Shown: piece by piece, positions 21,557 to 32,880 of the stretch
Position numbering within the stretch: the stretch's first letter is position 1
How the letters are laid out: the number at the start of each line of letters is the position of its first letter
Source of the DNA: a virus
Taxonomy: Duplodnaviria > Heunggongvirae > Uroviricota > Caudoviricetes
Strand: one strand, 5' to 3'
Virus record (IMG/VR): IMGVR_UViG_2721755711_000004
Length of the DNA stretch: 46,862 bases
The notes under the pieces: generated by a model
What the model was told of the DNA's origin: nothing
Databases searched by the model: none
Seen by the model: only the letters and a program-made list of their open reading frames with translations
Program-made: the position numbers and the translations under genes

Positions 21557-23065
21557 TTATTCTTCGGACTGGTCGTCGGTGTGCTGCGGCTCCTGTCGTT
21601 TCGTTGCGGCACTGCTGCCTCCTTTATCACTGGCCGGATCGGTATCAAATACCAGATCCAGCTTGCGGTTTTCATCAATTTCGGCCTTGCGCCGACGTTT
21701 GACATCATCCGGATTACGACCACCAGCACGTACCCAGTCTGATTCTGTCGCCGCTCCACCACGAATCTGGATTTTCCAGGCCTCAGCCTCCTTAACAGGG
21801 TCAATCCACGGCATCACTGGTCCGGAATACACCGCGGTATACAGTGAAGAACGGTCAAGATCGCGGGGTAGCCTGATAACACCGGATGCCACAGCCTGTT
21901 TCAGCCAGGCACGATACATCGGGCGGGTGACGGCACCAATAAACCAGTCCTGCAGGATCAGGTAGCCATCAGTAGACTCAACCAGTTCCTGACGCTGGGC
22001 GCTGTAAGTGCCGTTATAGTTGCGTGCCGTACTGGAAAAACTCAGACGACTGCCCGCCGCCACGGCACGCAACTGACCATTACGAAAAGTTTCAAGGTTA
22101 GGATTGGGACGATCCGACTTCACCATTCCGATTTCTTCGCCGGGTTTCAGATCGTCGTAAATAATGCCTGGCTGAATGGTAAGCTCGCGTTCATTCTCCT
22201 TGCTGTCATTACCATCCGTTTCATAGCTCTGTCCGTCGCCTTTCCGGATGTACATCCCCAGAGCAGCGGCGATCCTTGCTGCAGTCAGCTCAGAATCTTC
22301 ATACTCTTTCAGGGCGCTGAGGCGGATCAGCACACCGGACAATAAAGACGTCCCGCGCATCTGGTGCAGACGGCGAACAAATTTAAGATGCAGCATTCGC
22401 TCTGCATCCACTTCTTTGGTTTCCATCTGCCGTCCGGATACAGGACGACTTTTATACACCAGATATTTTTCGGGACGCCCCCAGTCATCAACAAACACGC
22501 CCTGATTCAGCCTGTTGCTCTCATCACTGGTCATGGGAATAAAGTCCGGCTCGAGCGCCTCCAGCCAGAAATGAACACCGGCAGAAGGCGTCAGGCAGTT
22601 TATGCGCCCGGAAACCATCTGGGCAAACACCTCACCATCGCGCAGCCAGGTACGCAGCATCAGACGTTCCAGCATCGGACGGGTAAACTGCCCGGTGACT
22701 TCCGGACTGACAGACCATTCACTCCATCGGGTACGTATCTCCGCTGCCAGGTCACGGGCAATGGCACCATTGCGTAATACCGGATGTGGCTCGACAATAA
22801 TCCCGTTTTTCCCCACCACCCGTTCTTCCAGCTTGTCAAATACACCAATGACCAGATCGTGGTTGTTATCAAGGTAACGGGCCTGCTCACGTAACGACAC
22901 GGCCCCGTACTGGCTTAACTGGTCGGCAGTTCGGTTCTCCCGTCGGGCTTTGTGTGTCCGCGTCGTTTTTACGGCCTCATAAGCTTGGATCACCGCTCGG
23001 GAACGCAGCCTTGCCGCTTTCCATCCTGGTGAAAAAACGCCAATCACATCATCAAGAATTGCCAT
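21557..23065 (-). CDS. portal protein
   Basis: About 502 aa from MAILDDVIG...; lambda B-like position between the W-like gene and the protease-capsid gene. Confidence 0.85.
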   Translation of the reverse strand: MAILDDVIGVFSPGWKAARLRSRAVIQAYEAVKTTRTHKARRENRTADQLSQYGAVSLREQARYLDNNHDLVIGVFDKLEERVVGKNGIIVEPHPVLRNGAIARDLAAEIRTRWSEWSVSPEVTGQFTRPMLERLMLRTWLRDGEVFAQMVSGRINCLTPSAGVHFWLEALEPDFIPMTSDESNRLNQGVFVDDWGRPEKYLVYKSRPVSGRQMETKEVDAERMLHLKFVRRLHQMRGTSLLSGVLIRLSALKEYEDSELTAARIAAALGMYIRKGDGQSYETDGNDSKENERELTIQPGIIYDDLKPGEEIGMVKSDRPNPNLETFRNGQLRAVAAGSRLSFSSTARNYNGTYSAQRQELVESTDGYLILQDWFIGAVTRPMYRAWLKQAVASGVIRLPRDLDRSSLYTAVYSGPVMPWIDPVKEAEAWKIQIRGGAATESDWVRAGGRNPDDVKRRRKAEIDENRKLDLVFDTDPASDKGGSSAATKRQEPQHTDDQSEE

Positions 23066-23283
23066 CAGAACCTCGCCAGCCGGTACCCGGGATGCCCCCG
23101 TCGTCGTGTAATCAGAGCCGCAAGGCGGCGCTCCCACTCCTGCCGCCCCTGCCGGATCTCAGATAAGTTTTCCATGGTCATCTGCTGACCATTAAAAGTG
23201 ACGGATTTTCCGTCCAGCACCGCCATTTCAGCTTCCGTATAACGCTGAATCATGGCTTCAATATCATTCTGATTCATAACCAT
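23065..23283 (-). CDS. gpW-like head completion protein
   Basis: 72-aa ORF between the large terminase and portal genes; its stop shares one nucleotide with the portal ATG. Confidence 0.65.
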   Translation of the reverse strand: MVMNQNDIEAMIQRYTEAEMAVLDGKSVTFNGQQMTMENLSEIRQGRQEWERRLAALITRRRGHPGYRLARF

Positions 23284-25376
23284 CCTCCGGAAGTCAGCCA
23301 GGGGTTAACATCGTCAGTTACTGTTTTCTTCCGTTTTTGTTTTTTAACAGGCGTGGATACCGGTTCCGGTGTGGGTGACGGTTCGGTACTGTCCGGGACA
23401 CACTCCAGCCAGGTTTCCCGACTCGCCCACTCCGGTGCATCCGGCCAGCGGATCTTTTCGTATCCATGCAGAATGACCAGAGCCTCGGCATACACCATCA
23501 GGTCAAAAGCTTCGTTGGCACCGCGACCCGGCTTACTCCATTTCCCGTCACTGCTCCGCTCTTCATACGTCAGTTCGTCGTAAAACCAGCTCCCCAGCCA
23601 GTCAGGGAAATGCACATAGCCGGGACCTGGCGAGTCACGCCATAACGCGTTATTCACCCGGTCTTTCAGGGCATCCGTCTGAAGAAGCCAGAGCGGTACA
23701 TCACCTGCGGCCTGCGCCCGTCGGCCCGTTCGTCCGGTGTTATCAGGGAATGTACGGGTGATCAGTTTTGCGCGCCGGATGCTGTCGCCCTTAAACAGGT
23801 AAATACGTTTACCAAGGCCATCACGACGGCAACGACGCCAGAATTTATAGGCATTATCAGTGACCCCGTCTTCACCGCCGGAGTCCACCGCCATTGCCAT
23901 CAGTCGCATTTGTTGAGAAGGATCGGAGGCCAGCGGCCAGCTTTTATGAAAAACATCCGTCAGCAGGACATCCCAGTCTTCCGGATAGCTGGCCGGATCA
24001 ATTCGCTGGCTCTCCCCGTCGCTGTCACCGCGCAATGACTGCGTGATGTTGTAACGATCAATAATCCAGCGTTCGCCACGGCTGCCATAGCCCGTTACCT
24101 GAACCACAAAACGGCGATGACGTCCCGCCTGCACATCCACTGTCGCCACAAGGAAATTAACGCCATCCGGCACACTGCGGGAAGGAACTGGCTCTGCCCG
24201 CTGCTCAAGCAATTCACTTTTTCGTTGCTCCATGCTGGCGCGGGGAAGATAAGGTAATCCCCAGTCGGTATTGATAACCGTCTTGAGTGTCTCTTCACTT
24301 CCGGTTGTCTCGTATTCCTGTTCTGCAGTAAGCAGTTTGTAAACGAGTTGCGAGAGTGTCTGATAAGCAGCTGCCGGCCCCTCCATCCAGAATGACGCAA
24401 TACGTGAACGCCGGGGATCACCATAACGACTGCCATCTGCATTGATGGATTCACCATCCCGTAACCAGACCCCACGTCCGTTCAGCTCGCGTTTTTGTTC
24501 AGGCAAAATCCGTCCTGAACAGGAAGGACACTGAATATAAGCCGCCTCACTTGCCAGCACAGGATCGGCAATATCACGGAAACCAGCAACCACATCGCCG
24601 CAGGGCTGAAAATACTCACCACAGTGTGGACAGGGCCAGTACCAGCGACGGCGATCGCCACGGTTATAGAGCGACAGGATCCCCGTGGTTGGTGGAGCCT
24701 CATGCGGTGAAGTCCGTCGCCATTTCACATCCTTCACATCCCTGCCGGGGGAACTCTCCACCAGCGTCATACCACTGGACATAAATGTGGTGGTACGTTT
24801 TGAGGCAAGAGAGAAGGCATCCCCCTCACCATCAATATCTTCCGGAAAACGGTCATAATCCGTCAGCGCCACGCATTTATAATCTGATGAAGACATGATA
24901 TTGACTGACGGCCAGCCGATTTTCAGGTAGTTGCCAGCAAGGAATGTTCTGTCATAAACGTTGTTGTCATTTTTGTTCGGACTCAGGCGACTGACCACTT
25001 CCGGGCTGACGCGAAACGTTCTGGCGAGTCGTTTTTTGGAGTGTTCGCGGGCTTTTTCCTCCGTCATCTGAATGATCAGCATATCAGCAGGATCGCAAAT
25101 CACGTTGTAAATCACCCAGCCGTCAATCAGGCCGATAGTCTTGCCGGTTCGTGCCGGGCCAACAAATATCACTGCGTCGTATTCACGCGAGGCCAGGCAG
25201 TTCATAGGCTCAATAACATACGGTGCCACCAGCGGATCCCACGGGACTGAGTTCCCTGCCCCCATGGGCACCCGCATATACTGAGCAACGGCATCAGCAA
25301 CCCGCATTCGTCTCGGTGCGCGAAGGATATAACCTGAATCGGTTCGTGCTGCCTTTGCGGTTTCCTGATTCAGCAT
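23274..25376 (-). CDS. terminase large subunit
   Basis: 700 aa with Walker A-like VGPARTGKT and a C-terminal nuclease region; lambda A-like. Confidence 0.9.
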   Translation of the reverse strand: MLNQETAKAARTDSGYILRAPRRMRVADAVAQYMRVPMGAGNSVPWDPLVAPYVIEPMNCLASREYDAVIFVGPARTGKTIGLIDGWVIYNVICDPADMLIIQMTEEKAREHSKKRLARTFRVSPEVVSRLSPNKNDNNVYDRTFLAGNYLKIGWPSVNIMSSSDYKCVALTDYDRFPEDIDGEGDAFSLASKRTTTFMSSGMTLVESSPGRDVKDVKWRRTSPHEAPPTTGILSLYNRGDRRRWYWPCPHCGEYFQPCGDVVAGFRDIADPVLASEAAYIQCPSCSGRILPEQKRELNGRGVWLRDGESINADGSRYGDPRRSRIASFWMEGPAAAYQTLSQLVYKLLTAEQEYETTGSEETLKTVINTDWGLPYLPRASMEQRKSELLEQRAEPVPSRSVPDGVNFLVATVDVQAGRHRRFVVQVTGYGSRGERWIIDRYNITQSLRGDSDGESQRIDPASYPEDWDVLLTDVFHKSWPLASDPSQQMRLMAMAVDSGGEDGVTDNAYKFWRRCRRDGLGKRIYLFKGDSIRRAKLITRTFPDNTGRTGRRAQAAGDVPLWLLQTDALKDRVNNALWRDSPGPGYVHFPDWLGSWFYDELTYEERSSDGKWSKPGRGANEAFDLMVYAEALVILHGYEKIRWPDAPEWASRETWLECVPDSTEPSPTPEPVSTPVKKQKRKKTVTDDVNPWLTSGGWL

Positions 25377-25870
25377 TACTCCTCCTGCTGTAATTCCTCC
25401 TCATCATCCGCACCTGCTTCAGTCACCCGCAGGGCTATCTGATCGCGCAGATCATCAATAATGGACTGAACACGGCTCACAGCGGCAGGCTGCAGACCGC
25501 AGTCACGTTCAAGAATATCCGGTAATGTCTCCAGCACCTGCACGACCGCTTTTGCCCAGATGGCAAACTCCCGTCTGACATCACTGGCCGGAATGAGTTG
25601 TGCCGTTTCCTGTTCGAACTTAAGACGCTCACGTTCAGACTGATACCAGGCTTTGCGCTCATGCGCGTCCATTTCGCCTTCTGCAACCGGCGGTGGTAAT
25701 GCCAGAAATGCCGACACAATATCAACCACCCGATAAAGCTTGAGGTTGCTTTCATGCCCCCCTGCAACGGGTAGATTTTGCAGCCTTGCCGCAGCAGTCT
25801 GGCGATGTACACCTGACAATGCCGCCAGTTGACTGATATTCAGCGTCAGATTTTTTAACTCTCGATCCAT
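25376..25870 (-). CDS. nohA: terminase small subunit (Nu1-like)
   Basis: 164 aa with an N-terminal HTH (LNISQLAALSGVHRQTAAARL) and acidic C-terminus; directly upstream of the large terminase gene. Confidence 0.75.
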   Translation of the reverse strand: MDRELKNLTLNISQLAALSGVHRQTAAARLQNLPVAGGHESNLKLYRVVDIVSAFLALPPPVAEGEMDAHERKAWYQSERERLKFEQETAQLIPASDVRREFAIWAKAVVQVLETLPDILERDCGLQPAAVSRVQSIIDDLRDQIALRVTEAGADDEEELQQEE

Positions 25871-26029
25871 ACCCGCTCCAGAATGTTTTAAACATGCATC
25901 TCGCGAACAACTTTAGGCAAACGGTGTTAGTGATGAACAAAAAACAATCAGAATCGACACCATAAAAATAAAACAACTGTAATATCAATCAATTACAGTA
26001 GCGATGATGACGAATAAAATTTCAAAAAC

Positions 26030-26115
26030 TAGCCTTTTTCCGCGACGCTCCCGCCCCGTGGCAGGGGCCCCCACCGGGAGGACCCGACAGCCTGACAGCC
26101 GTGACGAGCATCTGA
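26030..26115. other. candidate cos region
   Basis: GC-rich element (ccgcgacgctcccgccccgtggcaggggcccccaccgggagg) about 170-240 bp upstream of the Nu1-like gene, with loose similarity to the lambda cohesive-end sequence GGGCGGCGACCT on the minus strand. Confidence 0.3.
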
Positions 26116-26423
26116 TACAGCGCTTACATAATGGCATAGGAATAATTCAGAAGGACATCACAGCATGCCCACACAAATTAGTGTGAGTGTCCTGTTTCTT
26201 CCTACGCACAGGACTGACGAGCATGAGGGGAAAATATGCGAACCATAAATGCCTCATCTTCAGCAATGCAGCCGGCATCCGAACAGGACGATATTGTAAA
26301 TTCACCTAATTACGAGGACATTGCAGTAGTTGAATTGCAGCTTTGTATTAGCCTGACAGTGACAGAATGCGACATTGACTCTGTCACAGGTGAAATAGTT
26401 TGAATGATTAGCAGTTATGGTGC

Positions 26424-26630
26424 TCAGTCAACCACCAGGGAATAATCCTTCGAATTCTTATCGTGCTTCACCAACGCTGCCTCAATTGCCCTGAATGCTT
26501 CCAGAGACACCTGATGTTCTATACATGCAATTACAACATCCGGGTAACTCATAGAAATGGTGCTATTAAGCATATTTTTTACACGAATCAGATCCAACGA
26601 GAGTTCATCAGCAGATTGTTCTTTATTCAT
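26424..26630 (-). CDS. hypothetical small protein
   Basis: 68-aa ORF between the packaging genes and ydfO; no recognisable motif. Confidence 0.4.
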   Translation of the reverse strand: MNKEQSADELSLDLIRVKNMLNSTISMSYPDVVIACIEHQVSLEAFRAIEAALVKHDKNSKDYSLVVD

Positions 26631-26930
26631 TTTGTCGCTCCATGCGTTTGCTCGTCATCTAGCGGTTAAAATATTACTTCAAATCTTTCTGCATAAAAGA
26701 GGAAAAGTATGAAAGTTTGAGTACATCGACCTTACATACATCTGTCGGTTGCATATCCCTCCTGGATGCCAGCAAGGCTCAACTTTGTTACGCAATCAAC
26801 ACTATTCATTAAAAACAGGCTTAATATTTGACATAAATCATCAACAAAACACAAAGAGGTCAGACCAGATTGAAACAATAAACACGATAATGCAAACTAC
26901 GCGCCATCGTATCACATGGAAGGTTTACCA

Positions 26931-27341
26931 ATGGCTCAGGCTGCCATTTTTAAAGAAATATTCGATCAAGTGCGTAAAGATTTAAACTGTGAATTATTTT
27001 ATTCTGAGCTAAAACGTCACAATGTCTCACTTTATATTTACTATTTAGCCACAGATAATATTCACATTGTGTTAGAAAACGACAACATAGTGTTAGTAAA
27101 AGGACTCAAAAAGGTTGTAAATGTTAAATTCTCCAGAAACAAACATCTTATAGAGACCTCCTATAATAAGTTGAAATCAAAAGAAATCACATTTCAACAA
27201 TACAGGGAAAATCTTGCTAAAGCAGGAGTTTTCCGATGGGTTACAAATATCCAGGAACACCCAAGATATTACTATGCCTTTGATAACTCATTACTATTTA
27301 CTGAAAGCATCCAGAAAACTACACAGATCTTACCACGCTAA
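26931..27341 (+). CDS. ydfO: YdfO-like protein
   Basis: About 136 aa from [11 protein letters not shown]...; same position and strand as ydfO in Qin. Confidence 0.65.
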   Translation: MAQAAIFKEIFDQVRKDLNCELFYSELKRHNVSLYIYYLATDNIHIVLENDNIVLVKGLKKVVNVKFSRNKHLIETSYNKLKSKEITFQQYRENLAKAGVFRWVTNIQEHPRYYYAFDNSLLFTESIQKTTQILPR

Positions 27342-27492
27342 ACCATAACGTCCGGCTTCTCTCACTCCTGAGCCGGACTGCATTGATTTAATAAAAACCA
27401 TCAACAATTGTGATTTAGATATTCGGAACCATTCAAATATAACAAAACCCCGTAAAAACGAGGTTTATGGATAAATTTTATTATTGAATACA

Positions 27493-27666
27493 TCAGATTA
27501 AATTAATCTTGACATCATAGCTTTCAAGACCCGTCATTTTTTCCCGTGCGGTAAACTGAATACTGGTAACTTCTTTCCCGGTCTTTTTCTTAAGTTCAAT
27601 AATTTTTTTTGTTATATATTCAGAAATATCTGCTTCTGCTTTTGTTTTTAAGTCTTCAATATTCAT
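27493..27666 (-). CDS. gnsB: GnsA/GnsB-family small protein
   Basis: 57-aa ORF found by manual translation (MNIEDLKTKAEADISEYITKKIIELKKKTGKEVTSIQFTAREKMTGLESYDVKINLI); it is below the 60-aa cutoff of the supplied ORF track. Confidence 0.8.
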   Translation of the reverse strand: MNIEDLKTKAEADISEYITKKIIELKKKTGKEVTSIQFTAREKMTGLESYDVKINLI

Positions 27667-27837
27667 CATTTCCTCTTTTAGTCTGTTATGACTTTCCAGT
27701 TACACAGTAAGTCGATTATATGGTGCAAACGTGTAAAAGATAAGATGAAACATCGCAATAATCAACATACGATAGTCTAAATTTTACACAAACAGACAAA
27801 GAGAATTTTCCTGAATTATCAATGCAATAGCATCAAA

Positions 27838-28065
27838 TCAACTCAAGAGCCTTATTGCTGCTTCCAGAATTTCTTCTGAAGTAACATGTCGATCCGCGGC
27901 TACATAAATGACTTTATGATCTCCGGTCAGAGATGGAAACCCTGCGGCCATTACAGTAAGGTGTGTTTTTTCGCCATTTGGATATTCACGCATGATGGTG
28001 TTAACTCCAGTCATCGCTGGCACTACCACTGCTGGTTCAGAGTTAAAAAAAACTATGATTTTTTT
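27838..28065 (-). CDS. hypothetical small protein (ynfN position)
   Basis: About 75 aa from MKKIIVFFNSEPAVVV...; the track ORF extends to 28110. Confidence 0.45.
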   Translation of the reverse strand, partial: KKIIVFFNSEPAVVVPAMTGVNTIMREYPNGEKTHLTVMAAGFPSLTGDHKVIYVAADRHVTSEEILEAAIRLLS

Positions 28066-28111
28066 CATGATGTTACCGTAGTATGTGAGTATCCATCGAA
28101 TAGACACCAAG

Positions 28112-28132
28112 CAAAAAAGCTCCCGAAGGAGC
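28112..28132 (-). terminator. rho-independent terminator downstream of cspI
   Basis: Hairpin GCTCC-CGAA-GGAGC followed on the minus strand by a run of six T. Confidence 0.5.
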
Positions 28133-28339
28133 CTTCATTTTCACTTTTTTAAATCCAACGACAGACGGCTGGCATTTAAGTATTGTGAAATATTATCAAA
28201 TGTAATCATCATTGATTTACAAAAGATACATTTTGCCCCGAAAGGATTCATGTCAGAAACATCAAAAGATGATGTTCTATACTGGGAACCATGACAACAC
28301 GGGCATCTAAAGTGAATATGGTTTGTAATATTGTCTACC

Positions 28340-28552
28340 TCAAAGCGCCACTACATGAACAGCGGCAGGGCCTTTAGGTCCGTTCTCAATACCAAATTCA
28401 ACTTCCTGATTCTCAGTTAATGTTTTGAAATCGTTGCTCTGAATTGCTGAGAAATGGACAAACACATCTTTGCTGCCATCTTTCGGCGTGATGAAACCAA
28501 AACCTTTTTCAGGGTTAAACCATTTCACTAAACCAGTCATTTTGTTAGACAT
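28340..28552 (-). CDS. cspI: cold shock protein (CspA family)
   Basis: 70 aa, [45 protein letters not shown]..., with RNP1/RNP2 motifs. Confidence 0.9.
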   Translation of the reverse strand: MSNKMTGLVKWFNPEKGFGFITPKDGSKDVFVHFSAIQSNDFKTLTENQEVEFGIENGPKGPAAVHVVAL

Positions 28553-28914
28553 AATTATTACCTTTTGAAGAAATTAGCCCTTGGGCAGAATGGTCCGAAA
28601 AAAAATATCAGAGAGAAAAACCAACAAGGAAATCTCAAGAGGTACAAATAATAAAATTATAACAATGACTGCTTCAGATAAATTTGTAACAAACCAGAAC
28701 ACCATTAACGCATGATTAACCACCCATAGCAAGGATTACTTTTGTAAAGAAAAACACAGCAATGAAAGAATAGCTTTATTTATTAATAAAACGTGTCATT
28801 CTGATTAAGACCTTTTATCTTACCCTTAAGATTTCAGGAATTTTGACTCATGGAAGAGTCCTTTTTATTTAAATTTTACATTCCGCGATGTAAATGTTCC
28901 GATTTAATATTACC

Positions 28915-29938
<1,024 letters not shown>

Positions 29939-29942
<4 letters not shown>

Positions 29943-30250
29943 ATATATTTATGATGAGGACGTTCGTGCTTATTGGCAGGATTTTCAATCTTAAAGGAGT
30001 ACTGATGCTGCAGATAAGACTCAACTTTTTCTGACAATTTTTCTGCTACTTCCAGGAAGACTTGCCGGACGCTCCTTCTGGCTGCTGCCTCATAAAACTC
30101 CAGCGCAGCTCCTTCAACACGGTCCATGGCGACATCCAGGCCAAAAATTTCACCGTCAAAGCGTTCTTTGTCCTGTAAGGCTACAGTTACCGTAACTTTA
30201 TTCTCAAAATTACGGACTCCTTTCACAACCAGTTCATAGTCTTGAGTCAT
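29939..30250 (-). CDS. ydfR: YdfR-like protein
   Basis: 103-aa ORF between the holin and endolysin genes, as ydfR in Qin. Confidence 0.55.
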
Positions 30251-30254
30251 TGGA

Positions 30255-30470
30255 TTACTTTCCTCTCGCAGCCTTACGCCTGTCTTCTTTAATCTTGAAA
30301 TAAAGATTTGTCAGATACGTCAGCAGGCCAAAAACCAGGCTACCCAGCACACCGATTGCAGCCCACTGTGACGGAGTTACTTTATCGAGTAACTGCAATG
30401 CCCAGAAACCAGCATTACCCGCCGATGTGCCATAGGCAACACCTGTTGTTAACTTATCCATTGATTTCAT
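30255..30470 (-). CDS. essQ: holin (class II, dual-start motif)
   Basis: About 71 aa from [10 protein letters not shown]... with two TM segments and a basic C-terminus. The MKSM dual-start motif allows holin and antiholin forms. Confidence 0.75.
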   Translation of the reverse strand: MKSMDKLTTGVAYGTSAGNAGFWALQLLDKVTPSQWAAIGVLGSLVFGLLTYLTNLYFKIKEDRRKAARGK

Positions 30471-30689
30471 ATCCTCACCCCGATGTACACGGATGGTGCA
30501 ATATGTTTGAAAAGATCGGAGTCTACGGGGTAGTTTTGACAGCACACGTTGTTCTCAACGGCGCTAAAGAAACATACACATTAAAAATGTGAGTAATTAT
30601 TTTGAAAGAAAGTCATATATAAAATAATAATACGAGAAATGTTTTCATATTTAGTGTACTGTATACGGCCATTTATACAGGAAAAGCCT

Positions 30690-30860
30690 ATGTCAGAACG
30701 TAAAGACTCAAAATCACGCCGTAATTATCTCGTTAAATGTTCCTGCCCAAACTGCACCCAAGAGTCAGAACACAGTTTTTCAAGAGTACAAAAAGGTGCC
30801 CTTTTGATCTGCCCTCATTGCAACAAAGTATTCCAGACAAATCTTAAAGCTGTAGCCTGA
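30690..30860 (+). CDS. small zinc-ribbon protein
   Basis: About 56 aa from MSERKDSK... with two CxxC pairs (CSCPNC...CPHC); AGGAAA upstream of the ATG. Confidence 0.4.
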   Translation: MSERKDSKSRRNYLVKCSCPNCTQESEHSFSRVQKGALLICPHCNKVFQTNLKAVA

Positions 30861-30914
30861 TTGATTTTATTAGTAACAAGTATTTTTTATATTTTAATAA
30901 TATATTTAAAGCAG

Positions 30915-30940
30915 ATAATAAAAAACCCGCCTGAGCGGGT
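30915..30940 (-). terminator. rho-independent terminator downstream of cspB
   Basis: Hairpin ACCCGC-CTGA-GCGGGT followed on the minus strand by TTTTTTATTAT. Confidence 0.5.
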
Positions 30941-31223
30941 TTGAGATTGTGGTGCTTTTTGTGGGAGTCATCCACTTACGCACTTTGTTTTGCCATGCCA
31001 GCAGTTAGCTTCTGCTGTAAAACTATTCATGCAGCAAACCTGCACTTCACCACAATGGTTAGCATACTTTTCCTGATTAAGATTTTGCCAAATATGCTGG
31101 CCATTGTTTCATGTATTGGACCTCCTTAATTTTTATTAAAGAGATCCAATATTCACTACTCTGTCCGTATCTCTACTCAGGCATCAGCCTTCTTCGTTAT
31201 CGTATACAGACGAGCGATGAATT

Positions 31224-31439
31224 TTAATCAGTAATGATGACATTTGCTGCTGCAGGACCTTTAGCACCACTCTCTATAGAGAAGGTAACCTTTTGACCTT
31301 CAAATAAGGTTCGATAATTATCATTCTGAATCGCAGAAAAATGCACAAACACATCTTTACTACCATCAACAGGAGAAATAAAGCCGAAACCTTTATCAGC
31401 GTTAAACCATTTTACTAAACCAGTCATTTTATTTGACAT
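31224..31439 (-). CDS. cspB: cold shock protein (CspA family)
   Basis: 71 aa, [53 protein letters not shown]... Confidence 0.9.
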   Translation of the reverse strand: MSNKMTGLVKWFNADKGFGFISPVDGSKDVFVHFSAIQNDNYRTLFEGQKVTFSIESGAKGPAAANVIITD

Positions 31440-31749
31440 TCTACATTCCTTAACTTGAGCCTTTCGGCATAAATGGTTTGCATAACAGAAACGACTTCGT
31501 ACTTAATTGGAGAGACTCAAAGAAGGAATAAGTGAATAACACCTGAAATGAGAACTGCTTTAGTAAACTACTTCGTATATCGTCTGTTCTTCAAACCGAC
31601 GCAGTCATTAACTCATAGTTGAACATATGAAGCAATGTTTATTTTAGACATCCAGCCACCTTCAACCCTATCAAAAAAGTAGTTTTCTCCAGGAACGTGT
31701 GTATGGTGCACCAGGTTATCAGTATTAAGGAGTTTTTCTGTCCCCTAAA

Positions 31750-31950
31750 ATGACAGGAATTGTCAAAAACTTTGACTACAAAAGCAGCAAAGGTCTTATA
31801 TTCCCATCCGATGGCGTATCGATGCCCAGCTTCACGTTTCAGCTCTCAATCTTCGAGATGCAGAAGAAATTACCACAGGATTACGCGTGGAATTTTGCCG
31901 GATAAATGGTTCGCGTGGACCTTCAACTCCCAATGTTTATCCCGGGATGA
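31750..31950 (+). pseudogene. cspF: cspF-like cold shock gene disrupted by a 1-nt frameshift
   Basis: Frame 1 gives [22 protein letters not shown] then diverges; the +1 frame continues [10 protein letters not shown]...[21 protein letters not shown], which is Csp-like. One base appears deleted after the GAT GGC codons, and the normal stop position is lost. Confidence 0.6.
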
Positions 31951-31983
31951 GATTCAATATCTCTATTGCCCCATTTAAAGCAC

Positions 31984-32012
31984 AAAAACCCGCTTATCAG
32001 CGGGTTTTCTAC
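31984..32012. terminator. bidirectional rho-independent terminator (candidate tR' of the late operon on the minus strand; also terminates cspF on the plus strand)
   Basis: Hairpin ACCCGC-TTATCA-GCGGGT with T-runs on both strands, about 110 nt downstream of the Q gene stop. Confidence 0.5.
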
Positions 32013-32114
32013 TTTTTTCTAAACGTCGGATACACAAAGCCCATCGTTGAGAAAATCTTATCCATGTTTTTTGAAAAATGCAAACATCATGTCGCCATCT
32101 TCAGCAAAAATCAT

Positions 32115-32867
32115 TTATCTCGTCACCTTCCTCAATTGCGCTTCCGCGTATGCTTCTTCCTGCCAGCACTTTGTTACCAGTTTATCAATGACGTCCGCAT
32201 ACCCCTTATACCACTGATAATCGGTCAGGTCTGGTACCAGCTTCTGGACATGACATCGTGCCAGCGTGGTCGGTAAACGACTAAACCGGTTTCCATTACA
32301 ACGCCCACAAATCTTATATACCGGTACGCCATGAAACCGGGTTCTTTTTTCATCCAGAACAATCCCTTTACCCTTACACCCTCTGCACGCTGTGCTGACT
32401 TCGCCCTTACCATGGCAATGCTGACATAGTTCCTTCACCCATTCTTCCTTGATTACAGATTCCCCGCGTCTGTAGTGTTTCACCACTTCGCGCAATACAT
32501 TATAAAATCCCGTACCTGAACAATGCTCACAGCGAGCCTTACTTGCCGCAGACCTGGAGTAATCAGCAAAGGCAAAATTCACGAGGTAAGGAATAATCTG
32601 TAACCGGATTTCTTCACTCAATTTGTTCAATGTCGGGTTATCCAGTGCCATCGCGTAATTTAGCAGGCCTTCAATCGCAAACTGAGGGTCCTGAACACCA
32701 ACTTTTGCCAGAAATAAGGCCAACCCAAGTGGTGCTTTCGACTGCACCATCCCCTGCGCTGCCATTACATCCGTAATTGTTAAACAACCGGTGCCTGTCG
32801 CTGGAGCGTCATCGCTCAATTTTGGAGATTTTGGGGAGTAATATTTTGGTAAGGCTTCAAGGTTCAT
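32115..32867 (-). CDS. quuQ: late-gene antiterminator Q
   Basis: 250 aa with Cys-rich zinc-binding motifs ([31 protein letters not shown]); position upstream of the lysis cassette. Confidence 0.85.
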   Translation of the reverse strand: MNLEALPKYYSPKSPKLSDDAPATGTGCLTITDVMAAQGMVQSKAPLGLALFLAKVGVQDPQFAIEGLLNYAMALDNPTLNKLSEEIRLQIIPYLVNFAFADYSRSAASKARCEHCSGTGFYNVLREVVKHYRRGESVIKEEWVKELCQHCHGKGEVSTACRGCKGKGIVLDEKRTRFHGVPVYKICGRCNGNRFSRLPTTLARCHVQKLVPDLTDYQWYKGYADVIDKLVTKCWQEEAYAEAQLRKVTR

Positions 32868-32880
32868 GCTCGTTCTCCAC

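Noticed and set aside
21557-21804. Longer N-terminal extension of the protease-capsid ORF overlapping the portal gene by about 250 nt
   Set aside because: The extension (MTLLRRLRPGKSRF...) is Arg-rich and overlaps the portal C-terminus. The start just after the portal stop (MQAGHQ...) is more consistent with phage operon organisation.
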